Source of the DNA: an uncultured Coriobacteriaceae bacterium
GTDB taxonomy: Bacteria; Actinomycetota; Coriobacteriia; Coriobacteriales; Atopobiaceae
Assembly (NCBI GenBank): GCA_900549525.1
Contig: UWSJ01000001.1
Coordinates: 1 to 53,532 of the forward strand
DNA length: 53,532 nt
Direction: 5' to 3'
The translations under genes were made by a program, and so were the position numbers. Shown here in pieces: positions 30,862 to 40,895 of this stretch; positions within the stretch are counted from its first letter, which is position 1; each line of letters opens with the position of its first letter. Below the pieces are notes generated by a model that saw only the letters and a program-made list of their open reading frames with translations, was not told where the DNA came from and did not search any database.

Positions 30862-32130
30862 ATGTCTGAGGCACTAGACAAGGCACGGCTCGCGAAGGGG
30901 GCGTCGGCCGTCCTCGCCCAGGCCGGGGCGCAGGGTCGCACGAACGCGATCAACGCGGCTGCCGACGCCGTGGAGTCGCACCGCGCCGACATTCTCGCTG
31001 CTAACGCCCGCGACATGGAGCGCGGCCGGGAGAATGGCATGCCGGGCCCGTTGCTCGACCGGCTCATGCTCGACGACGCGCGCCTTGACGGCATCGTATC
31101 GTCCATGCGCGAGGTCGCGGGCCAGGCCGACCCGATCGGCGAAGTCGTGGGCGGTCGCACGCTGGCGTCCGGCATCGGGCTCACCCGCGTCAAGGTGCCG
31201 CTCGGCGTCGTCGCCATGGTCTACGAGGCGCGTCCCAACGTGACCGCCGACGCCATCTGCCTGACGCTGCGCTCCGGAAACGCCTGCGTACTGCGCGGGG
31301 GCTCTGCGGCGCACGACTCGTGCGTGGCCATCGCGGCGGCGTGCCGCGAGGGCATCGCCGCCGCCGGGCTGCCCGCCGACTGCGCGACACTCATCGAGAG
31401 CCCCGACCGCGCCGAGACGGTCGAGCTCATGCATGCCAACGGGCTCGTCGACGTTCTCATCCCGCGCGGTGGCCACTCGCTCATCCGCACCTGCGTGGAG
31501 CAGGCCACGGTTCCCGTCATCCAGACGGGTGAGGGCAACTGTCACGTCTACGTCGAGGCCTCGGCCGACCTCGCGATGGCGCTCAACATCATCGAGAACG
31601 CCAAGACCCAGCGTCCGGGCGTCTGCAACGCCATCGAGACGGTGCTCGTCGACACTGCCGTCGCGGACGAGTTCCTCCCCGCGCTCGTGAGTGCCTGCGC
31701 GCGCTGGGGCGTCGTCGTCCACGGTGACGAGCGGGTCTCGGCGGCCGCCGAGGTCGAGGGGCTCGAGGAGGGCGCCTTCGTCTCGGCCACGGAGGAGGAC
31801 TGGGCTCGCGAGTACGGCTCGCTCGACCTTGCCGTCCATGTGGTCTCGGGCGTAGACGAGGCCATCGACCACGTGAACCGTTACACCACGCACCACTCCG
31901 AGTGCATCGTGACCTCCAACTCGTTTGCGGCCGACGCCTTCCTCGCCCGCGTCGACGCCGCTGCGGTCTACGTGAACGCGAGCACGCGCTTCACCGACGG
32001 CGGCATGTTCGGCCTCGGCGCCGAGATCGGCATCTCCACCCAGAAGCTGCACGTGCGCGGCCCCATGGGAGCCGCGGCACTGACCACCACCAAGTGCCTC
32101 CTTCGCGGCGAGGGCCAGGTTCGCGCATGA
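30862..32130 (+). CDS. proA: Glutamate-5-semialdehyde dehydrogenase
   Basis: YEARPNVT, IPRGG, VCNAIET, NASTRFTDG, ISTQKLH.RGPMG. Confidence 0.97.
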   Translation: MSEALDKARLAKGASAVLAQAGAQGRTNAINAAADAVESHRADILAANARDMERGRENGMPGPLLDRLMLDDARLDGIVSSMREVAGQADPIGEVVGGRTLASGIGLTRVKVPLGVVAMVYEARPNVTADAICLTLRSGNACVLRGGSAAHDSCVAIAAACREGIAAAGLPADCATLIESPDRAETVELMHANGLVDVLIPRGGHSLIRTCVEQATVPVIQTGEGNCHVYVEASADLAMALNIIENAKTQRPGVCNAIETVLVDTAVADEFLPALVSACARWGVVVHGDERVSAAAEVEGLEEGAFVSATEEDWAREYGSLDLAVHVVSGVDEAIDHVNRYTTHHSECIVTSNSFAADAFLARVDAAAVYVNASTRFTDGGMFGLGAEIGISTQKLHVRGPMGAAALTTTKCLLRGEGQVRA

Positions 32131-32894
32131 CGTCTGCCGGCACCGACGCAGACAGGCTCGACGCCGCCTGGGTCGAGCGGCTTGTGCGCGACCTCCCGCC
32201 ACTCGGCGCGGACGGGTCGCGCACGTACCGGCTCGGCGTGATGGGCGGCACTTTCGACCCCATCCACAACGGGCACCTTGTGGCGGCCGAGCAGGCGGCC
32301 GGGGACCTCGACCTCGACGTCGTGGTCTTCGTGCCCGCTGGCAGCCCCGCGTTCAAGCAGGACCGCAGGGTCTCGAGCCCCGAGGACCGCCACGCCATGA
32401 CGCTGCTTGCCACGGCCGACAACCCGCGCTTCCTCGTGAGCCGCATCGAGGTCGACCGGCCGGGGATCACCTACACGGTTGACACGCTCGCGCTCCTGCG
32501 CGGGCACTACCCGGCAAACGTCGAGCTCTACTTCATCACGGGTGCCGACGCCATCATCGACATACTCACGTGGCGCGACGCCGGCAGGATCGCGCGGCTC
32601 GCTCGGCTCGTGGGGGCCACGCGTCCGGGCTACGACCTCAACGCCGCGCGCTCGCGCATCACCGCCTCGGGAATCGACTTCCAGGTTCACTACCTTGAGG
32701 TCCCGGCGCTCGCCATCTCCTCGAGCGACCTCAGGGCCCGGCGTGCGGGCGGCCAGTCGCTGCGCTACCTCACGCCTGACTCCGTGGTGGGCTTCATCGA
32801 GAAGCGCGGCCTGTATGACCGGGCGCAGGATCGCTACGTCGCGCCTGACGCCCTCGGCCTCATGGGCGGTATGAGCAGGGGGGGTTCGCAATGA
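32127..32894 (+). CDS. nadD: Nicotinate-nucleotide adenylyltransferase
   Basis: GGTFDPIHNGH, FITGAD, ISSS; ATGA overlap with proA. Confidence 0.95.
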   Translation: MTSAGTDADRLDAAWVERLVRDLPPLGADGSRTYRLGVMGGTFDPIHNGHLVAAEQAAGDLDLDVVVFVPAGSPAFKQDRRVSSPEDRHAMTLLATADNPRFLVSRIEVDRPGITYTVDTLALLRGHYPANVELYFITGADAIIDILTWRDAGRIARLARLVGATRPGYDLNAARSRITASGIDFQVHYLEVPALAISSSDLRARRAGGQSLRYLTPDSVVGFIEKRGLYDRAQDRYVAPDALGLMGGMSRGGSQ

Positions 32895-33580
32895 CCAACG
32901 ATGACGTCGAGGTGCTTGTGTGGCCGGAGGGTGTCCCGGCATGGATGCCGGGTCCGGCCCCCGCCTACGACGCGGAGCAGCTCCGTTCCATCGTGCGCTA
33001 CCAGGATGACCTCGGCACGCAGCTTGCCAAGAAGCGCAAGCGCTACCTCCACTCTCTCTCCGTCGGACTCACCGCAGAGCGTCTTGCCGTGCGCTACGGG
33101 GCAGACCCGTACCGTGCGCGCGTAGCCGGCATCCTGCACGACTGGTCCAAGGCGCTTCCCGCCGCAGAGCTTGAGGGGCGGGCGTCTCGCCTCGGGATTG
33201 ACCTCGGGGTCGACTACGCGCTCGTCGAGCCGCTCCTGCACGGGATGGTCGCGGCTCGCGAGCTCCCGAAGCGCTACCCGGAGCTTCCCGACGAGGTGTG
33301 GCAGGCTATCTCTCGCCACACGCTCGGTGCGGCCGACATGAGCCCACTCGACATGGTGCTCTTCGTCGCGGACGGCATAGAGCCGAGGCGGGGGAGCGTG
33401 GGCGCGCTCGATGCCCAGCGCGCCCACGTGGCCGCGACCTCGCTCGACGACCTCTTCTGGGCGAGCTTCGCGGACGGCGTCGCTTACGTGGTCAACACGC
33501 GGCGCTATCTCTACCCCGGCACGCTCGACATCTACAACGCCATCGTGCTGCGTCGTCGCGACTTAGAGGAGCGCGCATGA
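32891..33580 (+). CDS. yqeK: HD-domain Ap4A hydrolase YqeK
   Basis: RYLHS..V, LHDWSK, LHG, HT, AD.IEP.R; nadD-yqeK-rsfS synteny. Confidence 0.88.
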   Translation: MTNDDVEVLVWPEGVPAWMPGPAPAYDAEQLRSIVRYQDDLGTQLAKKRKRYLHSLSVGLTAERLAVRYGADPYRARVAGILHDWSKALPAAELEGRASRLGIDLGVDYALVEPLLHGMVAARELPKRYPELPDEVWQAISRHTLGAADMSPLDMVLFVADGIEPRRGSVGALDAQRAHVAATSLDDLFWASFADGVAYVVNTRRYLYPGTLDIYNAIVLRRRDLEERA

Positions 33581-34038
33581 GCGGGCGGGAGACGGTCACG
33601 ACCCTCGACGGCGTGGGAGACGATGCCAATGCGGTGACGCGCACGACGGCCGGGCGGTCGTTTGACATCGCACGCGTCGCCGCCCGGGCGGCCGACGCTA
33701 AGAAGGCGACGGACGTGGTGGCTCTCGACCTCACGGCCCTTTCGGACGTGTGCGACGTCATCGTCGTGTGCACGGGCGCCAACTCCCGGCTTGTCGACGC
33801 GGTCGTGGACGAGGTGCTCGACCGCGTCGCGGCAGAGCTTGGGGCAGACCCGCTCTCCATCGAGGGCCGCTCGGAGGGGAAATGGGTCCTCGTAGACTAC
33901 GGCGGCTGCGTCGTCCACGTCTTTTCCCCAGAGGATCGCGCATTTTATCGACTCGAGCGGCTCTGGGGAGACGCGCCGCGCCTCGACCTCGGCCTGGAGG
34001 GTAGAGCTCCGGAGCGGCCGTGTGCGGGGGCCTCTTAG
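33577..34038 (+). CDS. rsfS: Ribosome silencing factor
   Basis: KKATD, WVLVDYG..VVHVF....R.FY.LE.LW. Confidence 0.93.
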   Translation: MSGRETVTTLDGVGDDANAVTRTTAGRSFDIARVAARAADAKKATDVVALDLTALSDVCDVIVVCTGANSRLVDAVVDEVLDRVAAELGADPLSIEGRSEGKWVLVDYGGCVVHVFSPEDRAFYRLERLWGDAPRLDLGLEGRAPERPCAGAS

Positions 34039-34040
34039 AC

Positions 34041-35297
34041 TCAGACGTCTTCCTTGTGCTGCGGCTGCGTGTTGGTGGTTGACGAGGCGAGCCTGAGGTC
34101 GCGCCCGAAGGCGATCGAGGCGTCGCCGAAGCGCTCGCGCACCTCGTCGGTGGCGAGATGGAGGCGCCGCATCGTCTCCCGTCTCCTCGTTTCCGCCGGG
34201 TCGTCGAAGAGCCCCGGCTGGTAGGGCTCGGTGGTGCCGAGGCCGCTCAGGCCCACGCCAAGAAGCCGCACGCGCTGGCCGTCGTGCCAGAGGCCGTCCA
34301 GGAGCCTCCTTGCGACCGGGCCAAACGTCCCCTCGTCGTCCGTGGGCTCCCCAAGCCGTGCCTGGGCGCTTCTCGAGGTCGTCGCGTCGTACTTGACCTT
34401 GACGACCACCGTCGTTCCCACGAGGCCCTTGCGCCGCATGCGCCTGCCCACGAGCGCGCACACGGCCTCGAGCGCGCGTACGATGCCACGCTCGTCACAG
34501 ATGTCATGGGCAAAGGTGCGCTCGTTCGAGACCGACTTCGCCTCGGCGGGGCTGGCCATCCTCGTGACCAGCGCCGACCCGCGCCCGGCGGCGCGCTCTT
34601 TCAGCTCGGGGCCCGTGACGCCGAGGGCACGCTCGAGGTCGGCCGCGGGCGTGTGCGCCAGCTGCCCGAGGGTGCGCACGCCCATCCGGGCGAGCCTCGC
34701 CTCGGTGGTCCCGCCCACGCCGCTGAGCGCCCGGACGGGGAGGGGTGCGAGGAAGTCGGCCTCGGTACCGGGCATGACGACGGTGAGCCCTCGGGGCTTC
34801 TCCGCCTCCGACGCCACCTTCGCGACCGCCTTGGAGACGCCGATCCCAATGGAGCACGTCACCCCGAGCGCACTCACGCGCCGCTGGATGCGTCGGCATA
34901 TCTTGACGGGGCTTTCGCTCGAGAAACGCCCGGGCGTGACGTCGAAAAAGGCCTCGTCGATCGAGACCTGCTGCACGTAGGGCGTCTCGTCGCCGATGAT
35001 GGCCATGACGCGGGAGCTCACGGTCCGGTAGCGGTCGAAGTGGCCGTGCGTCCAGATGGCCTCGGGGCACAGTCGCTGCGCCTGAGCCGCGCTCATGGCC
35101 GAGCGCACCCCGAAGCGACGAGCCTCGTAGGAGGCGGTGGCGACCACGCCACGGCGGTCGGCGTCGCCTCCCACGATGACGGGCTTCCCGCGCCATTCCG
35201 GGTGGTCGAGCTGCTCGACGCTGGCGAAGAAGGCGTCGAGGTCGAGAAGGCCTATGGCGGGGCCGGACCAGAGGCCGGCACCTGCCCCAACGCTCAC
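34041..35297 (-). CDS. dinB: DNA polymerase IV (Y-family)
   Basis: DLDAFFASVE, ASYEARRFGV, SIDEAF, AKVAS..KP.G; GTG 35297 overlaps the kinase stop (GTGA) with GAGG SD. Confidence 0.95.
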   Translation of the reverse strand: MSVGAGAGLWSGPAIGLLDLDAFFASVEQLDHPEWRGKPVIVGGDADRRGVVATASYEARRFGVRSAMSAAQAQRLCPEAIWTHGHFDRYRTVSSRVMAIIGDETPYVQQVSIDEAFFDVTPGRFSSESPVKICRRIQRRVSALGVTCSIGIGVSKAVAKVASEAEKPRGLTVVMPGTEADFLAPLPVRALSGVGGTTEARLARMGVRTLGQLAHTPAADLERALGVTGPELKERAAGRGSALVTRMASPAEAKSVSNERTFAHDICDERGIVRALEAVCALVGRRMRRKGLVGTTVVVKVKYDATTSRSAQARLGEPTDDEGTFGPVARRLLDGLWHDGQRVRLLGVGLSGLGTTEPYQPGLFDDPAETRRRETMRRLHLATDEVRERFGDASIAFGRDLRLASSTTNTQPQHKEDV

Positions 35298-36559
35298 GAC
35301 TGCCTCTGGGAGAGGGGGAGCTTCACCAGGAAGCACGTGCCCCTCTCGTCGTCGCTCGTGACGGAGATGCGGCCCCCGTGTGACTCGACGATGCCGCGCG
35401 CGATTGCCAGGCCGAGCCCAAAGCCGCCGGTGGAGCGGGCGCGGGCCTTGTCGGAGCGATAGAAGCGGTCGAAGAGGTGGGGAAGGTCCTCGGGGTCGAT
35501 GGGCGTCCCCTGGTTCGTCACGGCAAGCTCGGCCTGTGAGCCCCGGCGCGCGAGCACGACCGTGACGGTGGTCTGGGCGGCCGCATACTTGCAGGCGTTG
35601 TCGAGCAGCGTCTTGACGAGCCGCTCGAGCTGGTCAGGGTCGCCCGAGACGTGAAGCCCCTCCTCGACCTTGGTGTCGATCGTGCAGCCGCGCTCGAAGG
35701 CGACGGCGTCGAACTGCATGGCCTCCCCCTCGACGGTGTCGGAGAGGTCCACGTCGACGTCGCGCCGGGCCACGGCGCCCTCCTCGGTGCGGGCGAGCTC
35801 GAGCAGGCCCTCGACGAGGCCCTTCATGCGCTCGGCCTCGTCAGCCGTGCTCTTGACCCAGCGACGGCTCTCCTCCGGAAGCCCGGCGGCCTCGCCGCGG
35901 AGTATCTGGGCGTTGGCGAGGATGACCGCGAGGGGCGTCTTGAGCTCGTGCGAGGCGTCGGCTACGAACTGGCGCTGCTGCTCCCATGCGCGCTCGACCG
36001 GCTTGAGCACCCGGCGCGCGAGGACGTTCGCGATAACGAAGAGCGCCGCGAGGCCGAGCGCCGCGACCCATGCGTCGTTCGTGAGCTGCGACATCCGGGC
36101 GGCGTCGATGCTCGAGGTGTCGGCGACGGCGATCCTCCAGCCTCCCTCGAAGATACGTGAGCGCCAGGTGAGGTGGTACTTCGTGATGCGCCCCGAGGTA
36201 GCGTCGGATGCGACGGCCTGGGACAGCACCTCGCTAAGCTCGCCCCCGTCGACGGAGAGCATGGCCTGGTTTGTGCCGAGCACCACGCCGTTCTCGTTGA
36301 TGTCGACCCAGACGACGGGGAGGTGCTCCATGCCCATGGGATTGTCGGAGCCCGGCTCGCCCCGTGACTCGAGGGCGCGGGCCAGCGAGCGGTTGACGAG
36401 CTCGTCGAGCGACGACTGGGCGTTCATGGAGCTCATGACGAGCACGCCGATCACAACGACGCCCACGACGCCCATGATGATGGCCACGAGCCGCCTTCTC
36501 AGCCGCCTGATCACGCCGCCCTTGGGCCGCTTGGCGCGCGCCTTGATGAGCCCGGGCAC
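35294..36559 (-). CDS. Membrane sensor histidine kinase (CiaH-like architecture)
   Basis: Two TM helices, FVADASHELKTPL H-box, LLDNACKY, FDRFYR, GGFGLGLAI; start uncertain. Confidence 0.93.
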   Translation of the reverse strand: MPGLIKARAKRPKGGVIRRLRRRLVAIIMGVVGVVVIGVLVMSSMNAQSSLDELVNRSLARALESRGEPGSDNPMGMEHLPVVWVDINENGVVLGTNQAMLSVDGGELSEVLSQAVASDATSGRITKYHLTWRSRIFEGGWRIAVADTSSIDAARMSQLTNDAWVAALGLAALFVIANVLARRVLKPVERAWEQQRQFVADASHELKTPLAVILANAQILRGEAAGLPEESRRWVKSTADEAERMKGLVEGLLELARTEEGAVARRDVDVDLSDTVEGEAMQFDAVAFERGCTIDTKVEEGLHVSGDPDQLERLVKTLLDNACKYAAAQTTVTVVLARRGSQAELAVTNQGTPIDPEDLPHLFDRFYRSDKARARSTGGFGLGLAIARGIVESHGGRISVTSDDERGTCFLVKLPLSQRQS

Positions 36560-36560
36560 G

Positions 36561-37235
36561 CTAGCCCATCTCCTCCAGGCGATACCCCAGCATGCGCAGG
36601 GTCGTGATCTCCACCTTCGACCGGACGTGGGAGATCTTCTTGCGCAGGAAGCTCACGTAGGCCTCGGCGGAGTTCTCGCTCGTTTCAGAGTCCGTGCCCC
36701 ACACGCGCGTGAGGAGGTCCTGCTTCGAAACGATGCGGCCGGGGCTGCTCATGAGCATGCGCATGACCTCGAACTCCTTCTGGGAGAGGTGCGCCTTCCT
36801 GTCCTGGCAGGCGAGGTCGTGGGTGTTGAGGTCGAGGCTGAGGTCGCCAAAGGTCACCTCGTCGAGCATGACCTCGCCCTTGCGGCGCGTGAGGGCGCGC
36901 ATGCGGGCGAGGAGCTCCGCGTTCTCGTAGGGCTTGGTCATGTAGTCGTCGGCCCCGCAGTCAAGGCCCGAGACCTTGTCGGACGTAGAGGTCTTGGCCG
37001 TGAGCATGAGGACGGGCAGGTCACGGCCCTCCTTGCGCAGGGTGCGCACGATCTCGAAGCCGTCCATGCCGGGGAGCATCACGTCAAGGACCATGGCGTC
37101 ATAGAGCCTGCTCTCGGCGTAGGCGAGGCCGGTGGGGCCGTCGTAGGCGGCCTCGGTCTTGAACCCGCCCTGCTCGAGTATGTGGCAGGTCGCGTCTGCC
37201 AGGTTGCGCTCGTCCTCGACCACAAGTATGTTCAA
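36561..37235 (-). CDS. OmpR-family (CiaR-like) response regulator
   Basis: TTG 37235 after AGGAG; ILVVEDE, LDVMLP, LTAK, GADDYMTKP, wHTH YVSFLRKK...GY. Confidence 0.94.
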   Translation of the reverse strand: MNILVVEDERNLADATCHILEQGGFKTEAAYDGPTGLAYAESRLYDAMVLDVMLPGMDGFEIVRTLRKEGRDLPVLMLTAKTSTSDKVSGLDCGADDYMTKPYENAELLARMRALTRRKGEVMLDEVTFGDLSLDLNTHDLACQDRKAHLSQKEFEVMRMLMSSPGRIVSKQDLLTRVWGTDSETSENSAEAYVSFLRKKISHVRSKVEITTLRMLGYRLEEMG

Positions 37236-37262
37236 GTCGGCTCCTCTCACGTGGTTGGGTCA

Positions 37263-37304
37263 ATTCTACGGGCGGCACTGAAGCGCGTCTGAAGGTTCCT
37301 GAAA
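37263..37304 (-). promoter_or_regulatory. Promoter of RR-HK-dinB with tandem direct repeats (candidate autoregulatory site)
   Basis: Minus strand TTTCAG-N4-CTTCAG-N5-CTTCAG-N9-TAGAAT. Confidence 0.65.
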
Positions 37305-37460
37305 GCTCGTGGCCGTTCACGCAATCTGCAAACGCAGGGCGTGGCCATGAGATTGTCACTTCAACAGCGTGAAGGTTTGTCGTAATATGAGCAGCTGCTT
37401 GTTTGGTTTTGCGGCGCCACGCCAACTCATGCTCGCGTCGCTCGAATGGAGGAGTTTCCA

Positions 37461-37793
37461 TTGGCAGTCAAGATCCGCCTGGCCCGTCACGGTTCCAAGA
37501 AGCGTCCGTACTACCGCGTCGTCGTCGCCGACGGCCGCATGCCGCGTGACGGTCGCCACATCGACGAGGTCGGTCGCTACAACCCGCTGACGTCCCCGAA
37601 GACCATCACCCTCGACCTCGAGAAGATCGACGAGTGGGTCGCCAAGGGTGCTCAGCCCTCCAGCGCCGTGTCCCACCTCATCGACATCGTTCGCTCCGGC
37701 GAGCCTGCCCCTGAGAAGAAGGCCAAGCTTTCCAAGAAGGCCCAGGCCAAGGCCAAGGCTGCCGCTGAGGCCGCTGCCGAGAGCGCCGAGTAA
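37461..37793 (+). CDS. rpsP: 30S ribosomal protein S16
   Basis: TTG after [28 protein letters not shown]; Lys/Ala-rich tail. Confidence 0.97.
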   Translation: MAVKIRLARHGSKKRPYYRVVVADGRMPRDGRHIDEVGRYNPLTSPKTITLDLEKIDEWVAKGAQPSSAVSHLIDIVRSGEPAPEKKAKLSKKAQAKAKAAAEAAAESAE

Positions 37794-37796
37794 GAC

Positions 37797-38096
37797 GTGG
37801 CTGACGAGTCGCAGGAGCCTCAGCTCGAGGGCGAGGAGTCCGCGCAGGAGCTGCCGAGCGACCGCGTGGCAGACCTCGTCGAGCTCATCGTCTGCGGGCT
37901 CGTGGACGACCAGGACAGCGTCTCGCTTGACGTGACCGACCGCGAGGACGGCACGCTCATCGAGGTCGAGTGCGCCCCGGACGACGCCGGCAAGGTCATC
38001 GGCCGTCATGGCCGTCAGATCAAGGCCATCCGTACCATCGCGCGCGCCCTTGGGCAACGCGTGGGAACGTCCGTGGACGTCGAGGTGCTTGGTTAG
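37797..38096 (+). CDS. khpA: KH-domain RNA-binding protein
   Basis: D.GKVIGRHGR..KAIRT; between rpsP and rimM. Confidence 0.92.
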   Translation: MADESQEPQLEGEESAQELPSDRVADLVELIVCGLVDDQDSVSLDVTDREDGTLIEVECAPDDAGKVIGRHGRQIKAIRTIARALGQRVGTSVDVEVLG

Positions 38097-38100
38097 GATC

Positions 38101-38637
38101 GTGGCTTCAGGATATAGACGCATAGCCCGTGTCGCCAAAGCGCACGGGACGCACGGGGAGGTCGTGGCGGTTTCCGTCGACGGCCTTCCCGCCGTTTTGA
38201 AGCCTGGGGCGCGCGTGTGCGTGGTGCCGCCGAGCCTGAGGGGCAGCCGCTGGCATGTGGTCGAGGACGTCGAGACGTCCCAGAGCGGGCAGCTCGTGTC
38301 GCTCTCGGGCGTGGAGGACGTGGGCGAGGCCCGCGAGCTTTCGGGCAAGTGGCTGCTCGCCGCATCCGCCGACCTTCCGGACGACCTCGCCGCTCATGAC
38401 GCGCGCGCGCTCATCGGCCGCGAGGTCGTCGACGCCAGGCTCGGCTCCGTGGGCGTCATCGACGACGTGATGTACGGCCCTGCCAACGACGTCTGGGTCG
38501 TGCGCGGGCTCCGGGGCGAGACGCTCGTGCCCGTGGTCGAGGAGATCGTGGGTCATGTGGACGCCGGGAATGGCCCGATCGAGGTATGCCTCCCGGTGGG
38601 CCTCGTTCCCGGTGACGAGGGGGGTGACGCCCGATGA
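38101..38637 (+). CDS. rimM: Ribosome maturation factor RimM
   Basis: KAHGTHGEV, ANDVWVV, LVP; synteny; GTG start. Confidence 0.9.
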   Translation: MASGYRRIARVAKAHGTHGEVVAVSVDGLPAVLKPGARVCVVPPSLRGSRWHVVEDVETSQSGQLVSLSGVEDVGEARELSGKWLLAASADLPDDLAAHDARALIGREVVDARLGSVGVIDDVMYGPANDVWVVRGLRGETLVPVVEEIVGHVDAGNGPIEVCLPVGLVPGDEGGDAR

Positions 38638-39389
38638 GCGTGCTGGTCGAGGCGCTCTCCGTCTTTCCGGGCGTGTTCGCCCCCTACCTCGACGCGTCTA
38701 TCATGGGACGCGCCCAGGCAAAGGGCCTCTTTGAGTTCCGGGCCCACGACCTTCGCGACTGGACGCACGACCGTCACCGCACGGTTGACGACGCGCCCTT
38801 CGGCGGTGGCGCTGGCATGCTCATGAAGCCGGCACCCATCTTCGAGGCGCTCGCCGACATCAAGGCCAGCGACGAACGGCCCGCGCACGTCGTCTTCTTC
38901 ACGCCGGTGGGCGCGCCCTTCACCCAGCGCGTCGCCGAGCGGCTCTCGCACAAGGAGCGGCTCGTGTTTGTGTGCGGGCGCTACGAGGGCATGGACGAGC
39001 GCGCCTACGAGCTCGCTGACGAATGCCTCTCCCTGGGCGACTACGTGCTCACGGGAGGCGAGCTCGCCGCGATGGTCGTGACCGACGCGGTGGTTCGTCT
39101 GATTCCCGGCGCGCTGGGGGATTCCATGAGTCCCGTTGACGAGTCGTTCTCGACCGGGCTGCTCGAGTACGCGCAATACACGCGTCCGGCAAGCTATGAA
39201 GGCAGAGACGTCCCCGAGGTCCTGCTCTCGGGCGACCATGCCGCCGTCGACGCGTGGAGGCGCAGAAACGCCGTCGAACGCACGGCCAGGCTTCGCCCGG
39301 ACCTCCTCGAGTCCGCGGGGCTCACGGAGGAGGAGCGCACGTGGGCGCGAGCCGTCATCGAAGCTGGGGAGGACGCTCACCGTGGCTAA
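38634..39389 (+). CDS. trmD: tRNA (guanine-N1)-methyltransferase
   Basis: VDDAPFGGGAGM, CGRYEGMDER, SLGDYVLTGGE, VPEVLLSGDH. Confidence 0.97.
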   Translation: MSVLVEALSVFPGVFAPYLDASIMGRAQAKGLFEFRAHDLRDWTHDRHRTVDDAPFGGGAGMLMKPAPIFEALADIKASDERPAHVVFFTPVGAPFTQRVAERLSHKERLVFVCGRYEGMDERAYELADECLSLGDYVLTGGELAAMVVTDAVVRLIPGALGDSMSPVDESFSTGLLEYAQYTRPASYEGRDVPEVLLSGDHAAVDAWRRRNAVERTARLRPDLLESAGLTEEERTWARAVIEAGEDAHRG

Positions 39390-39945
39390 GCACGCGCGCA
39401 AGAACCCCGTTCTCGACGTTCTCGAGGTCGCCATCCTCGTCATCGTCGCGCTTGTCGCCGCACTTCTCATCCGCACCTTCGTGGCCGAGCCGTTCGTCAT
39501 CCCGAGCGCCTCGATGAGCGACACGCTGAACGTGGGCGACCGCCTCGTCGGCGAGAAGCTCACGTACCGGGCCTCGAGCCCCAAGGTGGGCGACATCGTC
39601 ACCTTCGTAGACCCCGACAACTCCGAGCAGATCCTCATCAAGCGGGTCATCGCTACCGAGGGACAGGTCGTCGACCTTGAGAACGGGAAGGTCGTCGTCG
39701 ACGGCACCGTGCTCGACGAGCCCTACACTGACGGAAAGCCCTCGGAGCCGCTTCCCGCGCACTCGCCGGAGCTGCCCTCGGGCATCTCGTATCCGTACAC
39801 CGTGCCCGCGGGGCACATCTGGGTGATGGGGGATAACCGCACCAACTCCCAGGACTCACGCTACTTCGGGGCCGTCCCGGTCTCGAGCGTCACGTCAAGG
39901 GCCGTTTTCGTCTTCTGGCCCCTTGACCACGCGGGCTCTATCTAG
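39382..39945 (+). CDS. lepB: Signal peptidase I
   Basis: TM then IPSASM (Ser), IKRVIA (Lys), [14 protein letters not shown] after GGAGG. Confidence 0.94.
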   Translation: MAKHARKNPVLDVLEVAILVIVALVAALLIRTFVAEPFVIPSASMSDTLNVGDRLVGEKLTYRASSPKVGDIVTFVDPDNSEQILIKRVIATEGQVVDLENGKVVVDGTVLDEPYTDGKPSEPLPAHSPELPSGISYPYTVPAGHIWVMGDNRTNSQDSRYFGAVPVSSVTSRAVFVFWPLDHAGSI

Positions 39946-39971
39946 TCGCAACACAGGAAGGTAGGAGAGGC

Positions 39972-40895
39972 ATGAGAGAGAACGCCCTTACGTTCCAGGA
40001 CATGATCCTGGCCCTTGAGCACTATTGGGCCGGTCACGGCTGCACCGTGATGCAGCCGTATGACTCCGAGGTGGGCGCGGGCACGTTCCACACGGCCACG
40101 CTCCTGCGCTCGCTGGGCAAGGACCCCTGGCGCACCTGCTACCCGCAGCCCTGCCGTCGCCCCGCCGACGGCCGCTACGGCGAGAACCCCAACCGTCTTC
40201 AGCACTACTACCAGTTCCAGGTGCTCATCAAGCCGAGCCCCGAGGACTCCCAGGACCTCTACCTCGGCTCGCTCAAGGCCATCGGCCTGGACCCGGCCAA
40301 GCACGACGTCCGCTTCGTCGAGGACGACTGGGAGAGCCCCACGCTCGGCGCCTGGGGCCTTGGCTGGGAGGTCTGGCTCGACGGCATGGAGGTCACGCAG
40401 TTCACGTACTTCCAGCAGGTAGGCGGCATCGAGTGCGACCCGGTGCCCGTCGAGATCACCTATGGCCTCGAGCGCATCGCCATGTACGCCCAGGGCGTCA
40501 CGAGCGTCTACGACCTCGTGTGGAGCTACCTACCCGACGGCACGCCCATGACGTACGGCGACGTCTTCCTCGAGAACGAGCGCGAGTTCAGCGCCTATAA
40601 CTTCGAGGTCGCCAACGTCGAGATGATGCGTCAGAAGTTCGACGACTACGAGCGCGAGTGCCACGCCTGCCTCGACGCCAAGCTGCCGCTTCCCGGCTAC
40701 GACTGCGTGCTCAAGTGCAGCCACGCCTTCAACCTGCTCGACTCCCGCGGCGCCCTCTCCGCCACCGAGCGCGCCCACTACATTCTGCGCGTCCGCACGG
40801 TCGCCAAGGCCGCCTGCGAGTGCTACCTCGAGTGCGTTGCCGCGAAGCAGGACACCGAGACCGATGCCGGCGCCCAGAAGGGGGAGATGGCCTAA
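39972..40895 (+). CDS. glyQ: Glycine-tRNA ligase alpha subunit
   Basis: [41 protein letters not shown]. Confidence 0.98.
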   Translation: MRENALTFQDMILALEHYWAGHGCTVMQPYDSEVGAGTFHTATLLRSLGKDPWRTCYPQPCRRPADGRYGENPNRLQHYYQFQVLIKPSPEDSQDLYLGSLKAIGLDPAKHDVRFVEDDWESPTLGAWGLGWEVWLDGMEVTQFTYFQQVGGIECDPVPVEITYGLERIAMYAQGVTSVYDLVWSYLPDGTPMTYGDVFLENEREFSAYNFEVANVEMMRQKFDDYERECHACLDAKLPLPGYDCVLKCSHAFNLLDSRGALSATERAHYILRVRTVAKAACECYLECVAAKQDTETDAGAQKGEMA

